Below are positions 28,231 through 39,706 of a DNA stretch of 64,000 nucleotides, piece after piece (positions within the stretch are counted from its first letter, which is position 1; each line of letters opens with the position of its first letter). The notes beneath the pieces are model-generated. The model was not told the origin of the DNA. It made no database searches and saw only the letters and a list, made by a program, of their open reading frames with translations. Source of the DNA: Thermoplasmatota archaeon. Its GTDB lineage: Archaea; Thermoplasmatota; E2; JACPAO01; JAHFTW01. The position numbers and the translations under genes were made by a program. The stretch is taken from the NCBI GenBank assembly GCA_041601615.1, contig JBFIHX010000003.1, positions 282,007 through 346,006 of the forward strand. Reading direction: 5' to 3'.

Positions 28231-29894
28231 CACCGGCGCAACACCCCCAGCACCAGCAGGGCGGCGAAAAGCATTGGCCACGGGGGACTTGATGCTTCGA
28301 GCGTACGCTCCTGAGGTTCCCGCGCATCGCGGTCGAACAGGCCACCGAACCACGCCGCAGCCTCGGGGCTGTCAAGGAGCACGCCAAATTCGCGGTTGTT
28401 GCTGCGGCTGTGGTGGTTTTGGTTCATGGAGCCCACGTAGCTCCAGCGGTCGTCCACCACCACGCCTTTGTTGTGCAACCACAGGGGTCCACCGAATTCC
28501 GCCGCGTCGATGCCTTGCGCGGCGAGGGCCGAAAGCACAGGCCGATTGCCGTCGTCATCGCGCGAAAACGGAGCCGCCGCCCGCGCCGCGATGGTGGCTC
28601 CTTGCTCATCTGCCTGCAACAACGCCGAATACAATCCGTCGCGGCCGCTCCAGCCAAGCAAATTCGAAGCGGCCAATCGAAGGTCCAATTGCTGCACACG
28701 CACCGAGGATTGGGCGCCGCGCACCAAATCCAGAACGGGGTCCCTGCTAGGATCGGCAGTCATGTCGGGAGTCAGCACGAGCCGCACCGGAACATGCGCA
28801 AGCATGGGCGGCAACGGAACGGGCACATAGGTACCATCGCGGTCCGGGAATCGAAGCACCTCCTGGGCCGGCCCAGCAACAAACGGCGCAACGTCCCACG
28901 CGGCGCGATCCTCGGCAAGGACGGACCAGACGGCGTCGGCAATTTCGGCGTCGTGCAGCACAACGCCCCCGCCGCGACTGCCCCAAGTGGGAATCTGCGG
29001 AAAGGAAGACGGCACTCCGTTGTCCGATTGAATCGCCACGGCATCGTCCACGATGAGCACCTTCAGATGGTGGTAGGCGTAGCGGCCACGACTCGCGAGC
29101 ACAGCCTCTCCGCCTGCTGCTTCGATGCGTCGAAGCGCGTCATTTCGCTCCCGTTGCTCGGCTTCGTCCATGCCCACGGGGCGGTCCTGCACCAATACCT
29201 GCAACGGAACGCGGCCGGCAGCCTCTACGAGAGCATCCGCAAGCCAGGGTGCTCGAAGGTCGTAAATGTGCAGCGCTGCACGGTTCGTGGCCGAGTCCAA
29301 CAAGTCAGACCAGACGCGAAGGCAGTGGTCGGGACACGCATAGGGTTGCACGCGATCCGCCACCATCCAATCAAATTGGACGCTGGACTCCCCAACTCGA
29401 TGCATGCGCGGAGTTTGCCAATCGGCGACGGTATCAGTGTCCACGAGCGCGCCGGTTGCGTCCTCGAAGCGGTGGTACACGAGTCCCGGTGACTTGTACG
29501 AGATCGAACCCTGCATCCCTGGGGTCGAGCCGTCACCCCACGCAAACGAATCCACGACGGCGCCCAAGGGATCCACGAGGCGCACGTCATCACCGTCATT
29601 GCCAAGCCGCAAGGACAAACCCGACGCAGCGGGCGCCGCACCACCAAACGAGGACCAAATTTCCGAGTTGCCCACAAACCAGCCTGGGCCCGACAGGGAG
29701 CCTTGGGGAAGCGGCCAAGAATCCTCCCCGTCCGACAAGCTCCAACCAGCAAGGTCCGTTCCGTCGCCCCAAAGCGCCACCGCCTCGTCGCCAGGTCCAG
29801 CGCCGGGCAAGTCCGGAACCACCGCCAACAGAAGGGGAGCGCCAGCGACGGAGGGGAAGAGCAACAACAAAAGCAACGACCTGTGCACAACCAC
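28230..29894 (-). CDS. Phospholipase D family protein with lamin-tail-like N-terminal domain
   Basis: Two HKD motifs (HLKVLIVD, HNKGVVVD), GSMN, NREFG; signal peptide and C-terminal TM. Confidence 0.88.
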   Translation of the reverse strand: MVVHRSLLLLLLFPSVAGAPLLLAVVPDLPGAGPGDEAVALWGDGTDLAGWSLSDGEDSWPLPQGSLSGPGWFVGNSEIWSSFGGAAPAASGLSLRLGNDGDDVRLVDPLGAVVDSFAWGDGSTPGMQGSISYKSPGLVYHRFEDATGALVDTDTVADWQTPRMHRVGESSVQFDWMVADRVQPYACPDHCLRVWSDLLDSATNRAALHIYDLRAPWLADALVEAAGRVPLQVLVQDRPVGMDEAEQRERNDALRRIEAAGGEAVLASRGRYAYHHLKVLIVDDAVAIQSDNGVPSSFPQIPTWGSRGGGVVLHDAEIADAVWSVLAEDRAAWDVAPFVAGPAQEVLRFPDRDGTYVPVPLPPMLAHVPVRLVLTPDMTADPSRDPVLDLVRGAQSSVRVQQLDLRLAASNLLGWSGRDGLYSALLQADEQGATIAARAAAPFSRDDDGNRPVLSALAAQGIDAAEFGGPLWLHNKGVVVDDRWSYVGSMNQNHHSRSNNREFGVLLDSPEAAAWFGGLFDRDAREPQERTLEASSPPWPMLFAALLVLGVLRR

Positions 29895-30129
29895 CCACCC
29901 GTGAATCCTCCTTAAGCACCGTAGTACAGGCGTTGGTATCCCGATTGCAGCCGTGCTGCGAAAGGCGTCCAAGGATCGCCCGCAAATGCAGTTTTTTGGC
30001 GTCGAGGTGGGGGGTGATGCAAGATGCAGGCACAGAGCCAGATACTTGGCACAAACGGAGCGCAAAATTGGTTGGAAAAGTAGGGGTGAGGAAAGGAAGG
30101 AAAGAGAGGGGAAGTGTGCGGGGGCGCGG

Positions 30130-30276
30130 TTATGCGCCGCGGCTTTCCTTCGCCTTCATGCGGAGGTTCTGCGTGTGGCACTTGCGGCAGCGGGTCGCCT
30201 TGGGTGCGTTGGTCGCACCGCAGTGCATGCAGATCTTCTTGTTGAGGCGCCGAGCGACGGCTTCCGGGAAGGCCAT
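30130..30276 (-). CDS. rpl40e: 50S ribosomal protein L40e
   Basis: [33 protein letters not shown]. Confidence 0.95.
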   Translation of the reverse strand: MAFPEAVARRLNKKICMHCGATNAPKATRCRKCHTQNLRMKAKESRGA

Positions 30277-30424
30277 GGTGCAGTCTCCTAAGTAGGCTGC
30301 GCGACTCGGGTGTCGTATATAGCGATGTTGGGGGTCAAAGGGGTGCCGCCCATCGAGTTGGGGGGGGGAAAATGGAGGAAGGGAGGGGGAGAGGGGAAAG
30401 TCGGGTCGGCGGGCGGCGGTTCGA

Positions 30425-31021
30425 TTAGGGATCGCCGAGGCCACATTGACCGGTGGCGTGGTGGACGCCTGGGCTCCAGGATACGTTGCAGTTCCATGGG
30501 GTCTTGTCGTTGAGGTCGTAGTCTGCGTCGGCGCCGGAGCAGAACGTCGTTGGGGGGGCTGGGGGCCAGGGCAGAATGTCGATGATTTCGTCGAGGATGG
30601 TGGCGGAGCTGGCTGCAGGTCGGTGGATTTCGGGCGTGGTGGCGTAGAGGAGGTTGCCGCAGGTGGCATTTACGGAGCCACATTGGCTCTGGCCTGAGAC
30701 ATAGGGGCGCGTTTCGCCGCTTGCGTACACATCGACCCAGGTGTTCAGGCACAACGCGGATTTGCGAAGTGCGGGTCGGCAGGAGGCGCTTCCTCCTGTG
30801 GGTCCCATGCTGCCGATTTCGCAGCTCCAGTATCCTACGGGTTGCACATCGAATGTCGTGATTCCTGCGATGGTGGTGAATGTGATGGTGGATACGGGGG
30901 CCAGTCCTCCGTCGGCGCTGTCGGCGAGTTGGTGTACGAGCGATACGGCGTCGTCTATGGTTTGGGCGTAGCTGGCGGGTACGCTAAAGAGCGCAACGAC
31001 CAGGATGATTGTAAGCTTCAT
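30425..31021 (-). CDS. Secreted Cys-rich protein
   Basis: Signal peptide ending SYA; 8 Cys. Confidence 0.7.
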   Translation of the reverse strand: MKLTIILVVALFSVPASYAQTIDDAVSLVHQLADSADGGLAPVSTITFTTIAGITTFDVQPVGYWSCEIGSMGPTGGSASCRPALRKSALCLNTWVDVYASGETRPYVSGQSQCGSVNATCGNLLYATTPEIHRPAASSATILDEIIDILPWPPAPPTTFCSGADADYDLNDKTPWNCNVSWSPGVHHATGQCGLGDP

Positions 31022-31335
31022 GGTTTATTTCCTAACCTCATTTCGAGGCAATCGAGAATGATTACCAGATGAATTTAGTTTGTGTTTGGTTTGTTACCCC
31101 CTTAATAACGGGCCAATTCGGCCAAACAGACACTATTTTTACGGGGATTGGGAAATTTTGCCTTCTCGAAGCGAGCGAGAGGCGGGGGCTGGAAGCCCTC
31201 GAGCGAAGCATGCCGCTCCTCAGAAAGGGAGGACAAATTTTGATTGCGCGGAAAAAAAGTGGAGAGAAAGTGGGGAAGGGAGAAAGGGGGAATGACGGGG
31301 CCCCTGTGCCGGGTGTTGCGCCGGCGCAATGTTCC

Positions 31336-32169
31336 TTATGCGCCAGCCTTGGCGGCCTCAATCCAGCGCTTGGCGCGGCCGACACCCACGTCGGCCTTCT
31401 GGATTGCGGTCTTGCGTCCGGCTTCGAGCGTGTGGATTCGTGCCACGAGGTCCTCGGCATTCTGTGCTGCTAGGTCCTTGGGGCTGGTGATGCCAGCGCG
31501 CACGAGGAGTTCGGCGAACTGCGGTCCAATGCCCGAAAGCTGCATGAGTGCACCCATCGCTTGCCACTGACGGCCCAGTTCTTCCGTGACATCGGCGAAC
31601 TTGGCGATGTCCTTGAGGGGGGCCTTGATCAATTGCGGGATGGTGATGATGCCGTTGGCGTTGAGGCGGCTTGCGAACTTCTCACCGATGCCTTCGATGA
31701 TGATGACGTGTTGTTTTTCCTCGCCTGCATCGAACTTGATGTGCACGGGTGGCCGGTCGATGTACTTGATGACCTCGACGGGCTTTTCCACGATTTTCTC
31801 CACGACGCGGATCTTTTCGACCGGTTTTTCCACGACCTTTTCGACGACGCGGACCGTCTCCACGGGCTTGTCGACGTATTCGACGCGCGTCACCGGCTTC
31901 TCGACTGTTTGGTCGCGGATGATGCGGCCGGGGAACGCCTTGTGGCGGCCAACGAGGAAAATCAGCGTGAACACCACGAGGGCGATTAGGGAGCCGAGCA
32001 CTAGCCACTTGAGGCGGGATTCCCACCAAAGGACGTCTGCGACAGCGAGGCAGAAGATGCTGACTGCGGAGATGATGAAGATCCAGTACAGGCTCCTGCG
32101 TTCCTGGATGGCCACGTCCCAGCCTCCGTGTGTTCCGGTGTAGGGTCCTGCTTCTAGGGTCTTGTTCAT
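31336..32169 (-). CDS. 2-TM protein with VEK(P/V) repeats and DUF4332-like HhH domain
   Basis: IEGIGEKFA and [12 protein letters not shown]; ATGA overlap with the upstream gene. Confidence 0.85.
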   Translation of the reverse strand: MNKTLEAGPYTGTHGGWDVAIQERRSLYWIFIISAVSIFCLAVADVLWWESRLKWLVLGSLIALVVFTLIFLVGRHKAFPGRIIRDQTVEKPVTRVEYVDKPVETVRVVEKVVEKPVEKIRVVEKIVEKPVEVIKYIDRPPVHIKFDAGEEKQHVIIIEGIGEKFASRLNANGIITIPQLIKAPLKDIAKFADVTEELGRQWQAMGALMQLSGIGPQFAELLVRAGITSPKDLAAQNAEDLVARIHTLEAGRKTAIQKADVGVGRAKRWIEAAKAGA

Positions 32170-33425
32170 AGGGTCCACCTTCGGGTGAGGGCGAGGATGC
32201 TGACGAGCGCAGCGGTTGCGCCGAGGCCGCCAGCGGCGGGAAGATAGTCGACCGAGCCAAGGAGGCTGTTGTCGGCTTTGGTAGATGGGCTTGGACTGCC
32301 GCCGTCCCCGGGGCCGCCCGTGCCAGTTCCGTTGCCCGCGCCGCCGGGGGGCGTCGTGGGGGTCGTGGTTCCGGAGCCAGGGTCGTTGGGGTCCAGCGGG
32401 TCGGTGCCGGCGGTCACTTCGTCGCCGTCGTCGTGGCCGTCACCATCGGTGTCGGGGTCCAGCGGGTCCGTGCCGCGATCTACTTCGTCGCCATCGAGGA
32501 GGCCGTCTCCGTCTGTATCCGGATTCAGCGGATCGGTGCCTTCGGTCGCCTCGTCGCCGTCCGACAAGCCGTCCGCGTCCGTGTCCGGGTTGTTCGGGTC
32601 TGTGCCTGCGTCCTGCTCTTGCAGGTTGCTGCTGCCGTCGCCGTCCGGGTCGTCGTCGGCACCTTGGGTGAGGTTGCCAAAGTGTGTGATTTCCCAACTG
32701 TCCAGGAGGCCGTCGTTGTCGGAGTCGAGTGGAACCTCAAAGCCCGTGGTCATCCAGAACGGAACGTCCGTCGAAGCGGTATCGGTGGTGGCAAGGGCCA
32801 CGCCCGAAGCAATGCCGGCCACCAGTTCCTCCGTGCGCGCCTCGGCGCCAAGCCAGCTCGTGGACACAAACAGATCAGGGCCAATGTCTGCATCGAGGGC
32901 GGCGCCAGTGGCGGTGACCACCAAGTCGCCAAGTTCGGCATCGGTTTCGGTCGACGCAACCAGAACGCCATCGAGGTAGACTTCCACGAAGCTGTCAAAG
33001 TAACCGTAGACGAGTCCAGCCATTTGCAGCTCAAACTGGTACACGAATTCCACCACAAGGTCCGCGACGCCTTCAGGCTCAATGGGGTCCACGATCGCAC
33101 GCGCCGAAATCAGCGTATCACCACTCAGAACAGACACTCCAATGAGGCTGGATTCTGCGACCGTAACACCCAGTTGCAATCGTTCGCAGTCGTCCCCGGC
33201 GGTCCCGATGCGCACTTGCAGCAAGTCGAGGGCGCCGTTGAGGGTGATGGCGGGGGAGACGAGGAACGCGTCACCTTCTGGATCTTCGATCCAAATGTCC
33301 GCCGGGATGCAAGTCGTTTCCTGTGCCTGAATAGCGGGCACCAACAGGAAAGCGACCAAAAGCCACCCCAGTGGTAGAACTAGGTTTTGGTGAGCCACGG
33401 CTCCAATGGGGCCACGTTCATACAA
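32166..33425 (-). CDS. Secreted, C-terminally anchored DxDxDG-repeat protein (start may be 33398)
   Basis: Signal peptide, GTDPL.PDTDGDG repeats, Gly/Pro linker, TM followed by RR. Confidence 0.85.
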   Translation of the reverse strand: MYERGPIGAVAHQNLVLPLGWLLVAFLLVPAIQAQETTCIPADIWIEDPEGDAFLVSPAITLNGALDLLQVRIGTAGDDCERLQLGVTVAESSLIGVSVLSGDTLISARAIVDPIEPEGVADLVVEFVYQFELQMAGLVYGYFDSFVEVYLDGVLVASTETDAELGDLVVTATGAALDADIGPDLFVSTSWLGAEARTEELVAGIASGVALATTDTASTDVPFWMTTGFEVPLDSDNDGLLDSWEITHFGNLTQGADDDPDGDGSSNLQEQDAGTDPNNPDTDADGLSDGDEATEGTDPLNPDTDGDGLLDGDEVDRGTDPLDPDTDGDGHDDGDEVTAGTDPLDPNDPGSGTTTPTTPPGGAGNGTGTGGPGDGGSPSPSTKADNSLLGSVDYLPAAGGLGATAALVSILALTRRWTL

Positions 33426-33556
33426 TAACCTTTGGTGCTGTTTCTAGGTTATCGAACAGGAGAAAAAATCCGGTCTTGCCTCGTGTTGCGATGTGGGCGC
33501 CATTCGCGGCGCAGAGCGGCCCGGGCCCTTTTCAAGCCCCCCGAGGTCGCCCCGTC

Positions 33557-35113
33557 GTGTCCGTGGAAGCCAAGGTCGCCGACCTGCGAGAACGCAAGGC
33601 CGATTCCCTGCAAGGCGGAGGTCCTGCACGCATCGAAAAGCAGCACGCGGCGGGCAAGTACACCGCCCGCGAACGCATCGACCTCCTGCTCGACGCCGGC
33701 AGTTTCCAGGAGTTGGATGCTCTGCGCGAGCACGACTGCCACGACTTTGGCATGCAGGACAAGTCCGTTCCTGGTGATGGCGTCGTGACGGGCTTCGGCA
33801 CCGTCGCGGGCCGGCTCGTGTACGTCTTTGCGCAGGATTTCACGGTTTTTGGTGGCAGCCTCGGCCTCGTCTATGCAGAAAAAATCTGCAAGGTCATGGA
33901 TCTCGCGGTGCAAAACGGAGCCCCCGTCATCGGCCTCAACGATTCGGGCGGCGCTCGCATCCAAGAAGGCGTCATGAGCCTCGGTGGCTACGCGGAGATT
34001 TTCTACCGCAACACCCGCGCTTCGGGTGTCGTGCCGCAAATCTCGGCCATCCTTGGTCCCTGTGCCGGCGGCGCCGTGTACTCGCCTGCCATCACCGACT
34101 TTGTCATGATGGTGGACCAAACCAGCCACATGTTCATCACCGGCCCCGAAGTGATCAAAACAGTCACGGGTGAAGAAGTCGGCTTCGACGAACTGGGCGG
34201 CGCCCACGCCCACGCGGCAACCTCCGGCGTGTGCCACCAAGTGTTCGACGACGAAGAGAGCCTCATTGCCGGCATCCGCGACCTTCTGTCGTACCTACCC
34301 AGCAACAACCTCGCTGAGCCTCCCGTCGTGCCCGCCACGGACGACCCGGCTCGCATGGAGATGGACCTTTTGCGCATCGTGCCCGATTCGCCTGACAAGC
34401 CCTACGACATTGTGGAGGTGATTCGCGCCGTGGTGGACAATGGACGGTTCAACGAGATCCAACCCGAATTTGCCCGCAACATCGTCACCGGATTTGCCCG
34501 ACTCAACGGCCGCAGCATCGGTGTCGTCGCGAACCAGCCCGCCGTATTTGCCGGTGTCCTGGACATTGACGCAAGCAGCAAGGCTGCCCGTTTCGTGCGC
34601 TTCTGCGACGCCTTCGGCATTCCGCTCGTGACGTTCGTGGACGTGCCTGGCTTCTTACCCGGTGTCGCCCAGGAGCACGGCGGCATCATTCGCCATGGTG
34701 CCAAGCTGCTGTATGCGTACTCGGAAGCGACCGTTCCCAAACTCACCGTCATCACGCGAAAAGCATACGGCGGCGCCTACGACGTGATGTGCAGCAAGCA
34801 CATTCGCGCCGATTTGAACGTCGCGTGGCCGACGGCGGAAATCGCGGTCATGGGCTCGGAGGGTGCCGTGAACATCATCCACCGCGCCGAACTGAAGGGC
34901 CTCGAAGGTGCCGCATTGGAGGCAAAGCGCGCCGAGCTCGTGGCCGACTACCGCGCCAAGTTTGCCAATCCGTATGTGGCGGCGCGCAAGGGCTACATCG
35001 ACGACGTGATTGAGCCGCAGGAGACGCGGCCGGTGCTGATCAAGACCTTGGAGACCTTGGTCAACAAGCGCCAGGACGGGCCCAAGCGAAAGCACGGCAA
35101 TATCCCGTTGTAG
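33557..35113 (+). CDS. pccB: Acyl-CoA carboxylase beta (carboxyltransferase) subunit
   Basis: [41 protein letters not shown]. Confidence 0.95.
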   Translation: MSVEAKVADLRERKADSLQGGGPARIEKQHAAGKYTARERIDLLLDAGSFQELDALREHDCHDFGMQDKSVPGDGVVTGFGTVAGRLVYVFAQDFTVFGGSLGLVYAEKICKVMDLAVQNGAPVIGLNDSGGARIQEGVMSLGGYAEIFYRNTRASGVVPQISAILGPCAGGAVYSPAITDFVMMVDQTSHMFITGPEVIKTVTGEEVGFDELGGAHAHAATSGVCHQVFDDEESLIAGIRDLLSYLPSNNLAEPPVVPATDDPARMEMDLLRIVPDSPDKPYDIVEVIRAVVDNGRFNEIQPEFARNIVTGFARLNGRSIGVVANQPAVFAGVLDIDASSKAARFVRFCDAFGIPLVTFVDVPGFLPGVAQEHGGIIRHGAKLLYAYSEATVPKLTVITRKAYGGAYDVMCSKHIRADLNVAWPTAEIAVMGSEGAVNIIHRAELKGLEGAALEAKRAELVADYRAKFANPYVAARKGYIDDVIEPQETRPVLIKTLETLVNKRQDGPKRKHGNIPL

Positions 35114-35481
35114 AGCGACGGGGGGTCGGTGGCGTGGCCGAGCGGAGCGGGAGCCGTCCGCCAGGATCGATATTCTGGAAGGCGGCAAGGCGTCACAACG
35201 GCGAGGCGGCTCGTTTTCGATGCTGCTTGGGGTTGACGATGTGACCAACACTACGTAGATATCAAAATACTACGTAACTCTACACGCCACAACCCTAAGT
35301 ACCGCGCCCAACGAGTATGGTTTGGGGTGCGCAGTACACCACTGCACACTTCGACACACAGAGGCGGCCCGGTGCCTTCCGACAGCACTCGGAACAACGC
35401 ATCAAACCACCGACCTACCATGGGCCCAGACACCACTGAGCTCCGGCCATCCTGGCCAAACACCGGGCCGCCACCACCCCT

Positions 35482-35523
35482 CCCACCACTTTCCTCCATC
35501 CCACCACTTTCCTCCATCCCACC
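35482..35523. repeat. 18-bp tandem repeat (cccaccactttcctccat) x2 in a pyrimidine-rich tract
   Basis: Read directly from the sequence. Confidence 0.7.
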
Positions 35524-35601
35524 CTCCTTCTGTCCCTCCCCCCTTTCTCCACTGCGTCTTCCTTCCCTCCCGTCCACTCCAACCCAATCCACAGGATCCC
35601 C

Positions 35602-35781
35602 ATGTTCTCAACCTTCCTCATCGGCATCGTGATCGCCTCTCTGCTGGCCCTCGCCGTTCTGCTTGTGATTCCCCAAAGCCAAGAAAGCACCACACCCGCC
35701 GCCCTTCCCTGGGTCGGCCTCGTGCTCGCCGTCCTGTTTGCCGCCCTGGGCTTCGTAGGCGGCTTCGCCATGGGGTCCTAG
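35602..35781 (+). CDS. Small 2-TM membrane protein (59 aa)
   Basis: Below the ORF-track cutoff; MFSTFLIGIVIASLLALAVLLV...GFAMGS*. Confidence 0.6.
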   Translation: MFSTFLIGIVIASLLALAVLLVIPQSQESTTPAALPWVGLVLAVLFAALGFVGGFAMGS

Positions 35782-35946
35782 CATGATCGGACAATGCTTC
35801 CTGGCGCGCCTGAACCTCCTTCGAGGCGTACGATTTCGATTCGACGCCGACGACCTGCTCGACTAGCCCACGCCGCGCCCGCGCAGGCCACTAAAACGTC
35901 CTTGGTGAGTGAAACGGTCAAGTGCAGGAGCACGCGTCGCCCCCGC

Positions 35947-36165
35947 ATGGGACTCTTCCAGAAGCTGTTTGCACGAAACAAGCAGGCCAGCGCCACCACG
36001 ACCACCGCCACGGAAACCATGGAGGTCGAAGTCAACAAGGGCAAAGCCGATGTCGCGCCCGTCAAGGCTACCACCACGCGCTGCGCCGCCACCACCAAAG
36101 CTGGCACCCCCTGCAAGCGCAACGCCGCAGGCACCGGAACGTTCTGCGGCACGCACAGCAACTAG
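35947..36165 (+). CDS. Small protein with C-x8-C-x9-C-x2-H (DUF5763-like) motif
   Basis: RCAATTKAGTPCKRNAAGTGTFCGTH. Confidence 0.7.
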   Translation: MGLFQKLFARNKQASATTTTATETMEVEVNKGKADVAPVKATTTRCAATTKAGTPCKRNAAGTGTFCGTHSN

Positions 36166-36265
36166 ACGACGCGAACCTTCCTTTTCCCTCTCTTTTTCCC
36201 AAATCTCGGCCCTGCATCGCATCGCTTCCTTTGAGTAGGGCCAGGAGCGTAGCGGGCCGAACACC

Positions 36266-36913
36266 ATGGGATTCTGGACCTGGCTCAACCCGCTCAACTG
36301 GTTCCGTCGCCGCGCTGCACCCGAAGAAGTGCCCGCCGCCGCACCGACCACGACCTCCGAGACGACCGTGGTCGCAACACCCACCGTCGCCAAGACCGCC
36401 GCACCCGCCACCAAGAAGGCAGCCCCCAAAGCAGCCCCTAAGGCCGCGACGAAGGCAGCCGCGGCGCCGGCTGCAAAGAAAGCCGCAGCCAAGGCACCCG
36501 CAAAACCGGCCACCAAGGCCGCCGCCGCACCCGCAAAGAAGGCCGCAGCCACTGCAAAAGCGACCGCCCAGTGCGCCGCCCTCACCGCCGCTGGCGGACA
36601 ATGCAAGCGCACCGCTCGTGACACTAGCAAATACTGCGCCAGCCACAAGGGCTACCGCCCCCCAGCCAAGGCTGCCAAGAAGACCGACACCAAGCCCGTA
36701 GGCTCCAAGGTCAAGGACACGCTGCCCTCCACGCGCCGCTCGCACGTCACGCACAACGGCTACAAGCTCTACCAAAAGGGCAACCGCTTCTACTTCAGCA
36801 AGAAGTCCCACGCGGAAGCCAAAGCTGGCGGCGCCGACCCCGTCTACGAGATGCCCATGGGACGCGAAGTCGTCGTGACCCCCAACGGCCTACCGGTTCT
36901 CAAGACCAAGTAG
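36266..36913 (+). CDS. Histone-H1-like Ala/Lys/Pro-rich protein with C-x8-C-x9-C-x2-H motif and basic C-terminal domain
   Basis: PAKKAA-type repeats; QCAALTAAGGQCKR...YCASH; FYFSKK...NGLPVLK. Confidence 0.75.
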   Translation: MGFWTWLNPLNWFRRRAAPEEVPAAAPTTTSETTVVATPTVAKTAAPATKKAAPKAAPKAATKAAAAPAAKKAAAKAPAKPATKAAAAPAKKAAATAKATAQCAALTAAGGQCKRTARDTSKYCASHKGYRPPAKAAKKTDTKPVGSKVKDTLPSTRRSHVTHNGYKLYQKGNRFYFSKKSHAEAKAGGADPVYEMPMGREVVVTPNGLPVLKTK

Positions 36914-37066
36914 ACACCACAGGGCCACGCGCATGGGCGCCCGCGCTCGGCTCGGCCCAGCTTTTTCCTTTACTTTCTCTCCTTCGCTTCCTTTCCTTTG
37001 CATGCCCGGAGGTAGCTTCACAGCCCCCTCCCTCCCCCTTAAATCGATGCCCCGAGACTGTCCAAC

Positions 37067-39121
37067 GTGGCGTTTCGCGTCGTCAGCCCCTTCGAGCCCG
37101 CAGGCGACCAAGGGCCGGCCATCGATTCCATCGTCAACGGCATCCAGCGCGGGCTCCGCTACCAGACGCTCCAAGGCGTCACAGGTGTCGGCAAGACCTA
37201 CATCATGGCCAAGACCATCGAGCGGGTCCAAAAACCGACACTGATCATCTGCCACAACAAAACCCTCGCCGCCCAACTCTACGAAGAAATGAAGGCGTTC
37301 TTCCCAGACAACGCCGTCGAATACTTCGTCAGCTACTACGACTACTACCAACCCGAAGCCTACGTCCCCCAATCGGACACCTACATCGCCAAGGAATCCG
37401 ACGTCAACAAAGAGATCGAAAAACTACGCCACGCCGCCACGGTCTCGCTCATGACCCGCGACGACGTCATCGTGGTCGCCTCCGTCTCCTGCATCTACGG
37501 CCTCGGCTCCCCCCAGGACTACAAGGAACAACACCTCCTCGTCCACAAAGGCCAGGATCTGGAACGCAAAGCCCTCACCGGCCGCCTCGTCGACATCTAC
37601 TACGAACGCAACGACGCCGATCTGAAACCCGGCACCTTCCGCGTCCGAGGCGACGTGGTGGACATCCTGCCACCTGGCGACGAACACCCCCTGCGCATCG
37701 AACTCTGGGGCGACGAAGTGGATGCCGTCAAGCGCGTCCACCTCGTCACCGGCGAAACGATGCACGACTACGAGAGCCTCACCATCTTCCCCGCCAAGCA
37801 CTGGGTCATCCCCGACGACCAAATGCAAGCGGCCATCCAACGCATCCGCACCCAACTCGACGCCCGCCTCTTCGAGCTACGATCCCAGCAAAAAATCCTC
37901 GAAGCCGCCCGCCTCGAACAACGCACCCGCTTCGACATGGAAATGCTGCAAGAAGTGGGCTTCTGCTCAGGCATCGAAAACTACAGCCAACCGCTCTCGG
38001 GCCGCGCCGCCGGCGACCCAGGCTGGTGTCTGCTCGACTACTTCCCCGAAGACTGGCTCTGCATCATGGACGAGTCCCACGTCTCCGTGCCCCAAGTGGG
38101 CGGCATGTACAAAGGCGACCGCGTCCGCAAAGAAACCCTCATCGACTGGGGCTTCCGCCTCCCCTCCGCCCTCGACAACAGGCCCCTCAAATTCCCCGAA
38201 TTCGAACGCAAAGTGCCCCGCTTCGTCTTCACAACAGCCACCCCAGGCCCCTTCGAGCGCGACCACGAACAGAACCACGTCGAAGCGGTCGTGCGCCCCA
38301 CCGGCCTCGTTGACCCGCCCGTGGAAGTACGCCCCATCACCGGCCAAGTAGACGACCTCTACGGAGAGATCCTCAAAACCACGGCCCGCGGCGAGCGCGT
38401 GCTCATCACAACGCTCACCAAGAAAATGGCCGAAGAGCTGACGAAGTACTACGACGGACTCGGGCTCAAAGTCACCTACCTCCACAGCGACATCGATACC
38501 CTCGAGCGCATCATCATCCTCGAAAAGCTGCGCAAAGGCGAATTCGACATCCTCGTCGGCATCAACCTCCTGCGCGAAGGCCTGGATTTGCCCGAGGTGT
38601 CCTTGGTGGCGATCTTCGACGCCGACAAAATTGGCTTCCTGCGCAGCGCCACCTCGCTCATTCAAACCATCGGCCGCGCCAGCCGCAACAGCAACGGCCG
38701 CGTCATCATGTACGCCGACCGCGAAAGCGACGCCATGAAAATCGCCCTCGAAGAAACCGCCCGCCGCCGCGAAAAGCAGCTTGCCTACAACAAAGAACAC
38801 GGCATCACCCCCACCACCGTCGTGCGTAGCATCAAAGGCATGGAAATCGAAGGTGTGCGCGTCGGCGCCAAGAAAGAAACCCTCACCGTTGCCAGCGCCA
38901 AGGACCTCAGCAAATCGGACCTCGACAAACTCGTTGCAGAACTGGAACGACAAATGCAGGAAGCCGCCAAGGGCTGGGACTTCGAGCGCGCCGCGTTGTT
39001 GCGCGATGAAGTCATTGAACTGAAGTCGCGGGGAGCAAAGCCGGATGAGCCCAGCGAACGGCAGAAGAAAGGCAAGGAAGCGGTTGAAGGGCGGGTTGGG
39101 AAACGGAAGGCGAGTGGGTGA
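37067..39121 (+). CDS. uvrB: Excinuclease ABC subunit B
   Basis: GVTGVGKT, HNKTLAAQL, YYDYYQPEAY, DESH, GINLLREGLD, C-terminal UVR domain. Confidence 0.98.
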   Translation: MAFRVVSPFEPAGDQGPAIDSIVNGIQRGLRYQTLQGVTGVGKTYIMAKTIERVQKPTLIICHNKTLAAQLYEEMKAFFPDNAVEYFVSYYDYYQPEAYVPQSDTYIAKESDVNKEIEKLRHAATVSLMTRDDVIVVASVSCIYGLGSPQDYKEQHLLVHKGQDLERKALTGRLVDIYYERNDADLKPGTFRVRGDVVDILPPGDEHPLRIELWGDEVDAVKRVHLVTGETMHDYESLTIFPAKHWVIPDDQMQAAIQRIRTQLDARLFELRSQQKILEAARLEQRTRFDMEMLQEVGFCSGIENYSQPLSGRAAGDPGWCLLDYFPEDWLCIMDESHVSVPQVGGMYKGDRVRKETLIDWGFRLPSALDNRPLKFPEFERKVPRFVFTTATPGPFERDHEQNHVEAVVRPTGLVDPPVEVRPITGQVDDLYGEILKTTARGERVLITTLTKKMAEELTKYYDGLGLKVTYLHSDIDTLERIIILEKLRKGEFDILVGINLLREGLDLPEVSLVAIFDADKIGFLRSATSLIQTIGRASRNSNGRVIMYADRESDAMKIALEETARRREKQLAYNKEHGITPTTVVRSIKGMEIEGVRVGAKKETLTVASAKDLSKSDLDKLVAELERQMQEAAKGWDFERAALLRDEVIELKSRGAKPDEPSERQKKGKEAVEGRVGKRKASG

Positions 39122-39706
39122 GTGGGCTAGAGTATTGGCGCCCCTGCAAACTACAACGAATTAATTCATTATTTAGACAAAGGATTGAATTGAAGATTCT
39201 AATATAGTGCAATATTGGTGTCTCAGCACATATAATCATGGGGTGTGGTGGGTTAACCATATGTTTCTATCTAATTTTTGTGAATGCAGGTCAAAAAACA
39301 TAAACACTTATGTTGTCAATTATAACCCTCCATTTAATAAACACATGGGTCTCATGTAAAGTAAATCATAAATAATAAAGCTTTTCAATTATATTATCGC
39401 ATTAATCATTAGATATTCATGCGTGGTGGCAATATTTACTTAAGCTGAGCAATTTGGTTCATTGCACGCAAAGTATTAGTGGGACCCTCTTGATTCTGAC
39501 GCAGAGTGGAATCTCCAGGCCTAGTAACTGGGGCATGTTTGATTTCATAGCTACCAGATAGGTGGTAATATGCATTCTACAATAATAAAGCCATATCGCG
39601 ATCAATATAATTGCAAAGCTCTCAATACAGAAATACAATTAAGGCCATCGCTAAATATGAGACTTATTGTCCCACCTGCTCATATATTTTCCATGGAGTA
39701 TTTAAT

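Noticed and set aside
35251-35866. TACGTA pair and 27-40 aa micro-ORFs (35316-35438, 35783-35866)
   Set aside because: Too short to support without homology or expression data.
38990-39121. uvrB 3' end replaced by the RHS island
   Set aside because: Codon style shifts here, but no displaced copy of the uvrB end was found at the island's right edge.
39611-39706. N-terminal extension of the RHS ORF
   Set aside because: TTG start in AT-rich upstream DNA; ATG at 39707 gives a proper signal peptide.
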